From contig CM075992.1 in the NCBI GenBank assembly GCA_038087875.1, forward strand, positions 8,124,001-8,188,000: DNA of 64,000 nucleotides, read 5' to 3'. Both the position numbers and the translations under genes were made by a program. Shown here piece by piece: positions 37,760 to 51,859 of the stretch. Source of the DNA: Malacoraja senta. Its lineage: Eukaryota. The stretch's first letter is position 1, and the number at the start of each line of letters is the position of its first letter. The notes beneath the pieces were generated by a model. The model had not been told where the DNA came from and did not search any database. It saw only the letters and a list, made by a program, of their open reading frames with translations.

Positions 37760-38053
37760 ATAGTTTTAGAGATACAGAGGCCCTCCGGCCCACAGACTCC
37801 GTGCCAACCAGCAATCCCCGCACACTAACACTATCCTACACACACCAGGGACAATTTACAATCACACCAAGCCAATTAACCTACAAACCCTCACATCTTT
37901 GGAGTGTGGAAGGAAACTGGAGCACACGGAGAAAACCCACGCATATCACAGGGAGAACGTACAAACTCCAAAGACAGCACCCATGGTCTGGATCGAACCC
38001 GGGTCTCTGGCGCTGTGAGGTAGCAACTCTACCACTGCACAACCGTGCCACCC
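37760..38053 (-). mobile_element. HE1-like V-SINE
   Basis: same family. Confidence 0.85.
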
Positions 38054-38401
38054 AATGCGAGACAATGAATGGCCAACCACACTGCCAAAGGACCATCAAA
38101 CTGATAACAGTGCAGAAAGGTTGAAGATGGTACGGGAACCACATGAAAGGCTGGAGAGGAGGCAAAAGAACTGACTGACTTGATCACAATCACTGCAAAG
38201 TTAATAATTTAAAAAAAAAGATAATTCTTTTCAAACTTTGCTCTTTACATCCCTTCATCTGTGCCCCAATTTTGCCCATTGCTGTAACTTCCTGCACTAG
38301 AACTTTTTACAAAAGTATTTTGCCTTGCTGCCTCTCCCCCCCAAAGCCTTTAAAACCCTGACGTTATGGTGCAAAGTGGAAAAACTCATCTTGATACGTA
38401 C

Positions 38402-38549
38402 TGTAAGTCGAAATATCAATTTCATCTGGCAGTTCAGCAACATTAACTTCAAATCGATCCTGTACGTCATTCAGCACCTTAGCATCGGTCTCATCAGACA
38501 CAAAGGTAATGGCCAAACCCTTGGTACCAAACCGACCAGCGCGAGCAAC
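38402..38549 (-). CDS. DDX39A: DDX39A coding exon ([49 protein letters not shown])
   Basis: tgcag| ... |gtacgt, 148 nt; helicase motif VI. Confidence 0.95.
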
Positions 38550-39788
38550 CTGCAATGGGGTTACAAAAGATGTTATTGCATCCCTTATATAACTCAACAC
38601 TTTACATTGGTTGAACACTCCCGTGTAGAATAACATAAATTATTAAGAAAATATAGTCATGATAAACACTATTCAACAACTCTCTCTCTGCACCTCCATC
38701 ATAGATGCTAGCGCACCAACACGGGACACACCCAGGCCCAATTGTAGCATTCTCAAGACACCAGCCCTACCGCACGCAAAGCAAGAGTTGCACTCCCAAG
38801 GAAGGTTATGTTGGAAAGAGAAGGGGAGACGAGGAACTGCAGATGCTGGTTTACAAGAAAAGACACAAAATGCTGAAGTAACTCTGCAGGTCAGGTATTT
38901 TGGGTCTGAAGTAGGGTCCCAGCCCAAAACGTCACCTATCAATGCTCTCCAGAGATGCTGCCTGACTTGCTGAGTTACTCCAGTGCTGTCTTTTTTGCTG
39001 GAAAGTGAAATTTGACAGGGATATCCTCAGCCATACACTACCTCAGACAGCATAGCGGATATGACAACCATTGTGCACATTATGCAAGAATGCCTCCGTT
39101 GGTCGCTTGAAACACTGACCAGCGCACATCTAATCCCTTTTGCTTCTAGTTCAGCTTTGCAACCATGTGTTTTCACAACTTTGATTCAAAAGAATGGCAC
39201 ACAGGTGCAAAAACAAAAAGCTTCAAGGATATTGGGGGTATGTAGAAAATTGTCAACGGTGCAAGATTAAATGCCATAAACATAAGACTATAAACCCTGT
39301 AAAACAGACCAGTGAAAGACCTAGATAGAGTGGACGTGGAGAGGCTGTTTCCACTAGTGGGAGAGTCCAGGACCAGAGGTCATAGCCTCAGAATAATAGG
39401 ACGTTCCTTTAGGAAGGAGATGAGGAAGAATTTCTTCAGTCAGAGGGTGATGAATCTGTGGAATTCTTTGCAACAGAAGGCTGTGGAGGCCAAGTCAATG
39501 GATATTTTTAAGGCAGAGATAGATACTTAATCTGAAGAAGGGTTTCGGCCCGAAATGTTGCCTATTTCCTTCGCTCCATAGATGCTGCCGCACCCACTGA
39601 GTTTCTCCAGCACTTTTGTCTACCTTAGATACTTAAATAGTACCAGTCAAGGGTTATGGGGAGAAGGCAGAACAGGGTTAGAAGGGACAGATAGATCAGC
39701 CATGATTGAATGGTGGAGTCTTGATGGGCCGAATGGCCTAATTTTTCCCCTATCATTTTAAAACGTCAACACGCTGAGTAAACCATCA

Positions 39789-40195
<407 letters not shown>

Positions 40196-41228
40196 TCACC
40201 AGCATTAAATGTGCCTCGAGGCTGCAACGACTGCTGTTAGCATTGCACAAGAATCGCCCAAAGTGGCAACGGTCGTGAAAGTGGTGTCTTAGCACGCGGG
40301 GAAGGGTAGAGTACAAAAGATGGGACATCATGTCACAGATGTATAGGTGGTGGGCGAGACAACACTGTGTGCAGTTCTGGCCGCCCAGCTACAGGGAGAA
40401 TGCTAAGCTGCATAGGGTGCAGAAGAGATTCACCAGGATTTACCTTGGCGTGGGTTATAGGAAGAGATTGGATCGGCTGGGGATTTTTTCTTTAGAAGCG
40501 AGGATGTTGTTGGGCGACCTTATTGAGGTGCAAAAGATCACAATGGTCATAGATAAAGTGAATGCTTAATTTATAGAGGATTCTAAAACTAGAGGGCATA
40601 GACGTGAGGTGAGAGATTTAAGAGGGACATCACGGGCAACCTTTTCACGCATAGCAGTCAGGATGTGGAGCGAGCTGCCAGAAGCTATAGAAGCTAATGC
40701 AATATTATTATTTGGACAGATGCGGGTAGGAAAGGTTTACAGGGATATGTGCCAAAGGGGACTAGCTTGGCTGAAGAGCCCATTTCCACGCTGTTTAGCT
40801 TTATTGTTCCAAGGCTGAGGGTTGGGGATTCCAACAACCCATCTGCTTCTTTTACACCCAAGCAGCAACAGGAAAGGACATTTTCCTCGAGTGGGAGTTG
40901 TTATAAGAATGAGTTTTCCACATTGTAGCCTAACCCCCTCTTAAGACTATTCAGACTCCTCCTACAATCCTGAATCTAACATCAGCCCTTGGATCAAGAC
41001 CCATGGAGATAAGGATCCTAAAAATAATTTGGGACCTTTCCTCATTTGCTGTTAATCAAGGAGATCACTCAGCAAGAAAAATGACGCAGATGGGATATTT
41101 TAGATCAACTGGACTTTCACAGGGTAAAATAAGACCAGAATTGGTAAGCATAACAAGATAATAAAATTTTACGGTGCTTAAAGGAGACAAAAGGAAGCTT
41201 GTGTTTACACAGACAGGCTGGGGTGTTA

Positions 41229-41442
41229 AGGGCCTGTCCCACTTGGTGATTTTTTCAGCGACTGCCGGCATCAATGACTGAGGTATCAGGACACCGAAAA
41301 ATTTGTGGCGTGATCACATATGACGCGCGGTGTTTTTTCAAGCGACGCAACATTTTTTTTGTCACCGCTGGATTTTGAAATGTTCAAAATCTTTTGGCGA
41401 CAGATAGGACGTCGAAAAAAATCGCCAAGTGGGACAGGCCCT
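41229..41442. mobile_element. PIF/Harbinger-type MITE
   Basis: TIR AGGGCCTGTCCCACTTGG / CCAAGTGGGACAGGCCCT; 3-bp TTA TSD (41226-41228, 41443-41445). Confidence 0.85.
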
Positions 41443-41718
41443 TTAGGGTTTAAATAACAACGTCATTTAGATGGAGTTAGACCACATCTTGTGGTGAAAG
41501 AAGTCCGGTTAAACAACCTAATGCTCCTACTCCACACAGACTATGCCCCTACATTAGAATGAATCTCACATTCAGATAAGATTCAGACATGCAACCCATT
41601 GTCTTTACCAGAGTTGAATGGAAAACCGTGTTAGTAGAAGGGAAAGGACCGGGTTTTTCATGCATTGTCAGTGTAGAGTAAACTTCAACCAGCTCTCGCT
41701 CAATCCACTGCATCTCAC

Positions 41719-41850
41719 CTGATTAAACTCCAGGACATCAAGTAAATCAAAGAGCTTTCGGTTCTTCTCATTGTCCTTTAGCTTAACATAATATTGCTGC
41801 AATCCATGGAGTGTCAGCTTAGTTTCATCATCAACAAACACTTCCATGGG
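41719..41850 (-). CDS. DDX39A: DDX39A coding exon ([44 protein letters not shown])
   Basis: tttag| ... |gtgaga, 132 nt. Confidence 0.96.
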
Positions 41851-44800
41851 CTAAAGATAAAAAGACCACAAACATGTAACGTTGCACATGCAACTTGCTC
41901 GGCTCCTCGGGGACATTTACCAATCGGATTTTTAATAATTTAAAAAAAACAGCAACCTCCAACTAGCTACTAATATGCCCCTATCCAAGTTCAATTATAC
42001 ATTCCAGCATTCTTTAATAAGCCAGCCCTTAAAAGCTCATATCTTAAAAAGCTAGCCCAGCCACACAACCAATATCAATGCGACAGCAATCAAGTGCTGT
42101 GTCTAGCTTAGAAGCTGAATAATAAAAATATATCAACCATCTGAGAACAGAACAACTCCACAGCCTCAAACAACTGCCTCTACATGAAATTATTATTTTC
42201 CATCCCTAGAGCTCCACCACACTGTTTACCTTTGGAAGTCTGATTATACTCGTCCTGCATCCAGAACTTTACTCACAGCAGCATTGAAATTATGGACCAG
42301 TAAACAAACTCCCCTACGCTCTCTCACAGCTCAAAGTGCACCAGTGTTGAGAACTAGGCACTTTATTTAAAGCACATCTGAGCCAAAATCAGCTTATGAA
42401 GGCACTGCGTGGGACAGCAATTATATGGGAGATTAAATAGGAAGATGCAGTGATTGCCAAATATCTCTGCTTCAGTTGCAAGTACGCGTTGTGTTGGCGG
42501 TAACTGATTTATTCAGGATGCTCCTATGATGGGCAACTCTTTAAGAGAACCCTAAACTGCCAGAGTGGGCTTCGAAGCAAAATGGACATTAAGTAGTGAG
42601 TGGGCAAAAATCTGGCACATGGAGTAAATTAGGATTGGAGGGAGGGGGATGAAATGTAACGTCTATTTTTGACAAGAAAAAATGAAAGCAAATTGTGAGA
42701 TTGATGGCAGTGGGGCATAAACCCACTAATGCTCAATCCGGAGAAGGGGAGTATGCACCTACTGCAAGTAATTGGGAAAGCCAACAATTCACTGAGAAGC
42801 AAATGGAATATAAATAGTTGTGCTTCAGTTATGTGACCTTACTGTGTATACTGTGTATAACATTGGTCTCCTTATTTAAAGATACAGCTGCATTGGAAGC
42901 TAACCAATACAAGATCCTGAGGGTTCTTGACAGGGCAAATGTGCAATTTTTCCTCGTGTGCGAGAATCTAGAACGAAGGCATCTAAAACAAGGGTTCACT
43001 CATTTAGGGCAGACAACACAAAATATTGAAGGCCACGATTCTTTAGAACGGTCTCCTTCAAAGGGTGGTGGCATCTTTAAATATGCTTAAAGCAGAGATA
43101 GACTTGATAAGAAAGTGTGAGAAAGGTGGATGGTCATGCCTTTCTCTTAACTCAGGGATAGAGGTTTGAAGTAATTAGCAGCATAAAGGGGATATGTAGA
43201 TGGTAGGGAACATAGTGGGAGTCTGCAACTCATTACCTGAAAGGTTACTTCAGACAGAAATTCTTATTCAATAGCAGTTGGCTGGGTATTGAAGGGCAGG
43301 GATCTACAGGCCTATAGTTATGTGCTGGAAGGTTGCATTAGGTTGAGTAGCTCTTATGACTGCCCAGCATCCTGCCATTCACAAGGGCACAAGTCACATC
43401 CATACTGCACTCTCCTCAGCTGTTGAACTGATGAAAGTCACGGTGGCTTCATGGCTCCAGCAGAGAGGCCACGATTGAGATACCGAGTCACATACCTCTG
43501 TAGCCAATAGACTAGCTGAGGATAGATATGCAGACAGTGTAGGAACTTCCCTGCCCATCGTCAGGGAGGAGATTGGTGGTGGTGGTGGTGGGACCAAGGT
43601 CAGGATCTTGCAGTGACCTTAAACGTTCCCATCTACTTGGGTGAACATTTTGCACTAAAGTTTAAGATTAGTACCAATCTCTGAGCCACTCCAACCTCTA
43701 GTGATGATTAACACTAAAAACAGAAACCAAGCTCGTCTTTCCAAAACACATCATAAACACAATTCCAATCAAACCAACCAATGGTGCCACCTACATCCTG
43801 TGCCAATCACTAACAGGCATGAATAACAGTGAAGGACTCAGCGTTGATCCCTGCGACATGCCACTGGTTAAAGGCCTCCATTCTGAAATGCTATCCTCCA
43901 CTACCACCCTCTGCTACCTACCACTAAACCAATATTGATCATTTACTATCTCCACATAATCAAATCGACTAGTCTTCCTTGTGGGACGTTGCAACGGCAG
44001 AGGTAAATTCCACAAAGACAACATCCACTGCCCTGCCCTCCTCAATCTGCTTGGTCACCTCTACAAAAGCTCAAACTTGAGACATGATCTCCCACAAACT
44101 AAGCCATCAGGGAGCAGCTTATGGTAACTTCAAGTAATCATGCAGTAAACAGCCCACTTGCTAATTAAAAACTGATGGTCATGTCTAAATTTGCTTAAAA
44201 ACTGGTTGGGAAGGCTTTTTAATGAATGCTTGAACATTAAAATCAGTTTCATCACAACTAATCCAGCACTGTTTGATATGTAATCTAGCAAAACCAAATT
44301 AACCATAGAAATGCCAGAACTCCCCCATGATAAAAGTCATATGCCCATAAGTCTATCTTTGATTTAAACCAGCATCTGCAGTTCTTTCCTGCCCATAAGT
44401 GCCATGGATTTAAAAGGCTGGCACAGGTCCCTGAGATATGGATCCATGAATTTTAATTTTGGACCAGCTACCACCCGATGGAAGAGATTCTCATCTATAT
44501 ACGCACGTGCGGAGCATGGATAGCCAGCAAAGGGCTGCCCACCTCCACCCTCCCAATTACCGACTCCAATCCCAGACACGGCTCATAACAGAGTTCCCCA
44601 AGCTATGAGCTTGCTGGTACTACGAGTCAATCGCCCAACATATGCAAGCAGAAAACTTCCACGAGCTATTATCCCTTACCACCCCTTGCCCTCTTACAAC
44701 TAGAACAGCTGGATCCAGCACAAAATAAGCGTTGTTTGGTACTTGTGGTGAATGCAAACCTGAAAGTGTGCGAATACCATCTCAAATTAAGAATTTGAAC

Positions 44801-46593
44801 TAACAGTAACACAACAGAATGGAACCTAGTTAAAATGAAGCAAAGCACCAGCAGTTGAATAACAAGATACCAACGGCAAAATGAAAATGCCTAGACACAA
44901 TAAGGTGTTCAGCTAAAAGGAAATACCAAAGAAATAGCCAGAAATAGATCAGAGTTCTCACAATGTAAATGCAAAGAGTGAAATCAAGTAAAAAGCTATG
45001 ATTGGTCTAGCAGAGCTGTAATGGCAGACATAACAGAAACTGTATTATGAAAAATACAGTTGCAATCAGAAAATACACTGTCTAAAAGGGTGGTGGGAAA
45101 GAACTTTCAACTAGATAAATATTTGGAAAAGGCAACAAAAAAAATGCTGCTGGGAGCCAATAAGCCTTTTACAATGCTTCAAAAGTTAATCTTGCGCCAA
45201 TATCTCTCGAATCTGTTTGGGTTCTAAGTCACAAACATAAAGCATACAGCAACATGTAACTAGGTTAGAGGCTATGATTTTAAGAAAATCGTAATTGAGA
45301 GCTCAAATATCAGAATAAGTGCTGTTTGTATAAATATGTCGTACTAATCGACTGCATAAACACCTAGTCTTGGGTTTGACATAAATCCAGCTTTTTAACC
45401 ATCTTCCTTGGAAACTTTTTCTAACAAAAAAGATAATTTGGCATTCGGAAATTACCATTCACTGGCTATATCAAGCAGAAAATGAACTTAATATATGTAG
45501 TGGGTTCAAAAAAACTTCAGCTTTAACCACAAGTACCAAACAAGTCTATAATGAACTGGTGGGGAAATGAATCCCAAAATATGGTGTCACAATAACCACA
45601 ATTTTACTGCAGAGCCCACTGGCCGTTCATGGCTTATGGCATTATTAAGCTGCTCTGTAGTTTAAAATGGTTTCCGCTGGTTGCAGGAGTCTGCCATTAT
45701 GCCGACAGTCACCTCATTAGTCTGTTGCATACAAACCATTCCACATTAAGAAATGGAACTTTGTAAAGCTGTGTTGAAGGTGGAGTCCTCTTGCAGCCAT
45801 CCTTGACCGTTGCAGGTCTCAAGGTCAGCAGCACAATGGATGAACCAGTCCATTAGATAGATAACATGATTAACCACAAGTGGCTATGTTTGCGCTGGCC
45901 ACCAATCGCACCCCTGGCGATAAAGGAATATCTTCTTCCACTCGACGACAGCAGGGATCACTTCTGAAGATACTAACATTACATCTCTCTTCAGAATATT
46001 TTAAAACAGGACCGTGGCTAACTTTTTTTTTTAAACTGCTTCACCCCAAACATGTGGGTCTTCTGGAGGTTGCAGATAATTGGACATTGTTAGAGCACTA
46101 AACTAGAGCTTTCTTTGTGACCATGAGCACCATCTTGCAGACAATGCAACTAACTGCTGACCGAAGGTGAGCGAAGGGCTGCTGGAACACCTGTCACAAC
46201 CCTCAGCTGCACTAGCTTTCAGGGAACAGTGGCACGTGCTGATCTTTATCAGGACTGAGCTAATGATGGCCTCACTGTCTATACCGAAACCGAAGATCTT
46301 CCGGAAAACGCAACTAACTTCTCTGGAAAGCCGTGGGAAGCCTGCGCTACCATAACTCTGACTTTTTGAAAGCTGACCTTTTCTGAATATTAACTTCTCC
46401 GCGAATTTATTAACACAGACCCAAATAAGGCCGGGTCTGTGGCAAGAACAGGCGCATAAACTCTCCCACCATGAGCATTTCTGGAGAAACATGGACATAA
46501 GCTCGAGACGCCTTAGTCTAAGCTGCACTATTTCTAGCTAGTTGGTGAGAATGGAATCTTGCAACGGGTACAACTGTGTGATGATGAGCTTCA

Positions 46594-46863
<270 letters not shown>

Positions 46864-46959
46864 TCAAGGCCCGCAAAGATGTTCCTACGGCTAAGCTAAA
46901 TGCACCACTCATCAGCCAGTCCATGGGCAATGATCCATAAACCTGCCTTATCAGGATGT

Positions 46960-47380
46960 TTGTGGACATATTTGAGTTCCTGGGAATGTGCATCGCTGAA
47001 GATCTAACCCTGGGCCCAGCATACTGATTCATCACAAAGAAAGCGCACCGACTCTTCTATTTCCTCAGACGTTTGATGATAGTCGGCACGTCACCGAATT
47101 TCTACAGATGTGGAGAGCATACTGGCTGGCTGCATCACAGCCTGGTTTGGTAATTTGAAAGCCCATGAACGAAAGTGGTGGACATTGCCTGGCCCAACAT
47201 GGGTATTGACCTCTCCATCATCCGAAGCCATCTACAGGAACAGATGCCTCAGGAGATGGCTAACATCAAAGACCCCCACCACCATGGTCATGTTTTCAGC
47301 TCGCTGTTACCATCAGGAAGGTGGAACACAAGCCTGAGAAGTATTACCTTCAGGTTCTTCCTACCATCCATTATTTAACA
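46960..47380 (+). mobile_element. Degenerate Rex1/Babar LINE 3' fragment
   Basis: VESILAGCITAWFGN and IKDPHHHGHVFSSLLPSGR motifs. Confidence 0.75.
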
Positions 47381-48078
47381 TTCCCGTTTCCTTATTCCAC
47401 ATTCATCGCAAAACCAACATAGCCAGATTTATTTTCAGGAATCACCTCCTATCGATATACTCATTAAAACTCATACATCTGCCCTTTGTCGAACTTTAAA
47501 ATCCCTTAATTCTCAGACTGGCCATTCTTCCTAACAATACTATCCCATCTTTTGTAATAACCTAACTTCTCCGGCTAGTTTAAATAATGATTTCAGGAGT
47601 TTTCATTCCTCAGAAATCAAGAACAATTCCTTGCTTATTTATCACCCTAGCTTTAATCCTAATTAATCTCAGTCCCTTCCCCAATAAATCTTAATCAACT
47701 GCCTTTGTGTGGAAGATATTAAATAATTAAGTTCCCCCAGTTTCCCTTACACTTGATGTGGGAACAATAATTTTCAAAGCAAAGGCACAATTCTGAAATA
47801 ATACACCAGGATCCCAAAGACAGAAATAGATAAATATACTCAAACTTAATTTTGGGGGGGGGGGGGGGGGGTTTAATACCACTGGGACGGCATGATTAGT
47901 CCTCAGAATAAGGAATTCATTTCAGAAGTAACCCATGTCCACTTTCAATCACGACCAAATAACAGAAGCCAGTTTTGATTTGGAATCTGCAGCAAGTCTG
48001 AAAGACCAGCTTTGATAAGAAAATATTATTTAATATTTATCAGCTTAGGGAAAAATAAATTGAAAACACCCCACTCAC

Positions 48079-48262
48079 CAAGTTGTTCCAACATCTTATC
48101 GCACTCATCCAATACAAAGTGCTTAACGTATTTCAAATTGAGCGACTTATTACGCGTAAGGGCCAGAATTCGTCCCGGTGTTCCCACAACAATATGAGGA
48201 CAATTCTTTTTCAGAATATCTTCATCCTTTTTAATTGACAAGCCTCCAAAAAATACTGCTGC
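48079..48262 (-). CDS. DDX39A: DDX39A coding exon with the DECD motif ([31 protein letters not shown]...[11 protein letters not shown])
   Basis: aacag| ... |gtgagt, 184 nt. Confidence 0.96.
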
Positions 48263-48385
48263 CTGTTAAAAGACAATTCAAAAACAGTTATCATTTAACA
48301 CATTTGTCGGAAAAAAATAGATGAGCTTTTCTGCAACGTGACAAGAATGTAAGGTTTATTTTACGAGGAAAGTGGCTATGTTTCC

Positions 48386-48830
48386 ATAGAAAATAGGTGC
48401 AGGAGTAGGTCATTCGGCCCTTCGAGCCAGCACCACCATTGATCATCCAAAATCAATAACCTGTTCCTTCTTTCTCCCCATATCCCTTGATTCCGTTAGC
48501 CTTAAGAGCTAAATCTAACTCTTGCTTGAAAACATTCAGTAAATTGGCCTCTAGGTGAAAACGTTTTTCTTCATAGCCCTAAATAGGCCTACCCTTTATC
48601 CTTAAACTGTGACCCCCCCCCCAGTTCTGGACTCCCCCAACACTGGGAAAAATTTTCCAAAAATTTCCTGCATCTAGCCTGTCCAATCCCTTAAGAATTT
48701 TATATGTTTCTATAAGATATCCTCTCATCCTTCTAAATTCCAGCGAATACAAGCCCAGTCGACCCATTCTTTCATCATGTCAGTCCCGCCATCCCGGGAA
48801 TTAACCTGGTGAAACTACGCTGCACTCCCT
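48386..48830 (-). mobile_element. CR1 LINE 3' fragment
   Basis: LGLYSLEFRRMRGYLIETYKILKG. Confidence 0.88.
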
Positions 48831-49018
48831 TGGAGATTGAGGGAGAATCTGACAAAGCTACACAAAATGTAAAAAATTCAACTAAACTTTGTTTTAGCTG
48901 TTGAGGGAATATAATGGCTGAGGTTTTCCCAAAACACCTCGACTCTCCAAAATAATTAAGGAAGCTTTTTATAGGATGCTACAATGCCCAGTGTGAAAGG
49001 TCCATTATATACACTTAC

Positions 49019-49111
49019 CTTAATGTTTGGCATGTACTTTGAAAACCTTTCATATTCTTTGCTAATCTGAAAAGCCAACTCTCTGGTATGGCACATGACA
49101 AGGACCGACAC
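49019..49111 (-). CDS. DDX39A: DDX39A coding exon ([31 protein letters not shown])
   Basis: aacag| ... |gtaagt, 93 nt. Confidence 0.95.
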
Positions 49112-49299
49112 CTGTTAATGAGTCAAGAATAGTAAAATTTCAGGGGGGAAAATCTTACGACAATATTTCACAACAAATTCCTTTCAAACAGACTTCTCAC
49201 AATTCAGATGCACACATCAGCACAACCCAATGATCTGTCAATGTTAATATAATCAATTCAATAGAACATTAATAATAGAGCATTAAAGGCACTGCAGCA

Positions 49300-50510
49300 T
49301 TGATATTTTGTATATCAATAATATATGTGAAGTGTCAAAAACTCTTGAAACTATTCTCTTCGCTGATGATACTAACTTACTCTGCTGTGGAGACAACTTG
49401 GAACAGCTCCTGGATAGTATGGAAAAGGAATTGAGCAGGATGAAGATCTGGTTTGACGAAAATAAACTCACATTGCATTTAAGTAAAACAAAATTCATAA
49501 TATTTACAAATCGATCAACCAACACGGAGAAAAAGCTCATGATAAATGGCACAGAAATAGAAAGAGTATCTGAAATAAAATTTCTTGGAGTATTAATTGA
49601 CAACAAATTAACTTGGAAATCTCACATAAATTATATTAAAGCCAAAATATCCAAATCAATTGCAATACTGAATAAAGCCAGAGACCTACTAAATCAAGCC
49701 TCCCTGTATATGTTGTACTGTGTGGAGGTATGGGGAAACACATACAAAACAAATACACATCCAATCTTCATCCTCCAAAAAAGAGCAATACGAATTATAC
49801 ATAAAACCACCTACAGACAATCAACAAAACCATTATTTATCGGAAAAAAACCCATTAAAATTTAAAGATCTGACAGATTATAAAACTATCCAAATTATGT
49901 TCAAAGCAGCAAATCAGCAATTGCCTTGTAATATCCAGGGGCTGTTCCAACGGAGAGAAAGCAAACACAACCTGAGAGGAACCTATATATTCGAAAAACA
50001 GGCAATAAGAACTAATGCAAAACTCCATTGTGTTACAGCAAAGGGTGTTAGTCTCTGGAGTAACTGCCATGATGAGCTGAAAAAATGTAAGACTCTATTC
50101 AAACTAAAAACACTCTTCAGAAACAAAAGATTGAATGGTTATGAGCTGGACCAGTGATTTTCAAAAGATTGAATGGTTATGAGCTGGACCAGTGATTTTC
50201 TTTTCTGTTTGGTTATTTCTTGTTTGTGGACTGTTCAACAGATTTTGGGTCCATTTGTTCCCATTATTTTGTTTTTCCATGAAAATGTATAGAAAATAAG
50301 AGGGGGTAGGACCAGAAACGTTTTCGAACTTCTTCTTCTTACCCCTTTTGAACATGAACGATATTATTTGTATTATTTGAGTTACTTATTTGTTTGTTTT
50401 CCTTTGTGTTTTATTTTCTTTTTTATTGCTTATAAGTTTATTTGTGTTTGTATATATTTTTTTTAACATGTTCAATAAAATAATTTTATTAAAAATATAT
50501 ATATATTAAA
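49300..50510 (+). mobile_element. 5'-truncated L2-group (Crack/Daphne-like) LINE
   Basis: LYIN...LFADDTNL...KFLGVLIDNKLTWKSHI RT motifs over two frames; T-rich 3' UTR, AATAAA, AT tail. Confidence 0.85.
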
Positions 50511-51100
50511 AGAGAACATCTTCAACCAAAATGTCAGCTTTTAGTTCTTCCCCCTACTTCCACCTAATCAGCAACATCTCTCATGTTTGTTGACTCTACA
50601 AACATGTCAAACTTTATAAGCCGCCTTCTTTTCTGTGGGATTGCCAGAGGTCCACTTGCATACTTCAAGTGTTAACACCATCACCATTGTAGACCTGATA
50701 TCTCCCTTTATGATAGAAGCCATTCATCCAGCATACAAAAACTTTCAATTTTGGTCTCACACAAGGTCAATGTATGTCAGACTTGATCAAAATGATGTAT
50801 AGATTTTTTTTTTTAATGCTTGGAACAGAAAATGCCAAAAACACTCAGCAGGTTAAACAGCGTCTGTGAAAAGCAAATCGAGTTGGCATTTCAGGTCAAA
50901 GACCGTACATCAGTTTATTTTCATTAATTACTAGCATTAGTGTGTAATGACTGGAATTTGGATAGTTAGCATTGGAATCAGACAGCATTTGGGAAGACAA
51001 TTCTGTTAAGTCCAACCAATTTGTTTTCACAATTATTTGTGTCAAACGATATTGGCTCAATAGCCAAGCATTCAATGTACAATTCATCGTTACCATTCTA

Positions 51101-51286
<186 letters not shown>

Positions 51287-51859
51287 CTAAACATCTTGGT
51301 TTATATTCTATGTCTATCCTTGGTTTATATCCAGTTCATCATCCCATTGACCATTAAGGTTGTCCTTCCTAATCCGGGGCAAAACTCTTTTGAAGAACAT
51401 TGGGGTGGATATTTCCCCATGGCCTGATGAAATCCACCTTTAGTTATTGAAGGGTCAGAAGAGAGACAGCTGGGGCCTTGTAGAGATTTTTGTCTCCTCT
51501 TCAGTCATAGACAAGGAGTGGAAAATAGTCAATGCTGTACTTTATGTGCAAGCAATAGGGACAAAACAGGAAAGTATAGGATGGTGAGCCTCGCATCAGT
51601 GGTAGGAGATTCTTCGGGATAGGATTTTCTCAAATCTAGAAAAGCATGTACTTATTACGGATGGTCATCATGGCTTTATGCAGGACAGGTTATATCTTAC
51701 AAATTATTATATTGAGGTGGTGATTGATGAGGGTAGGGTTGTGGTTGTTGTCTTAGTGTACCATTTGACTAGGTCCCTCATGGTTATTAGTCTGGAAGAT
51801 TAAGGCCCACGGGATTCATGGAGACTCAGTAGACTGTATTCAAAATTGACTTGTGTAAG

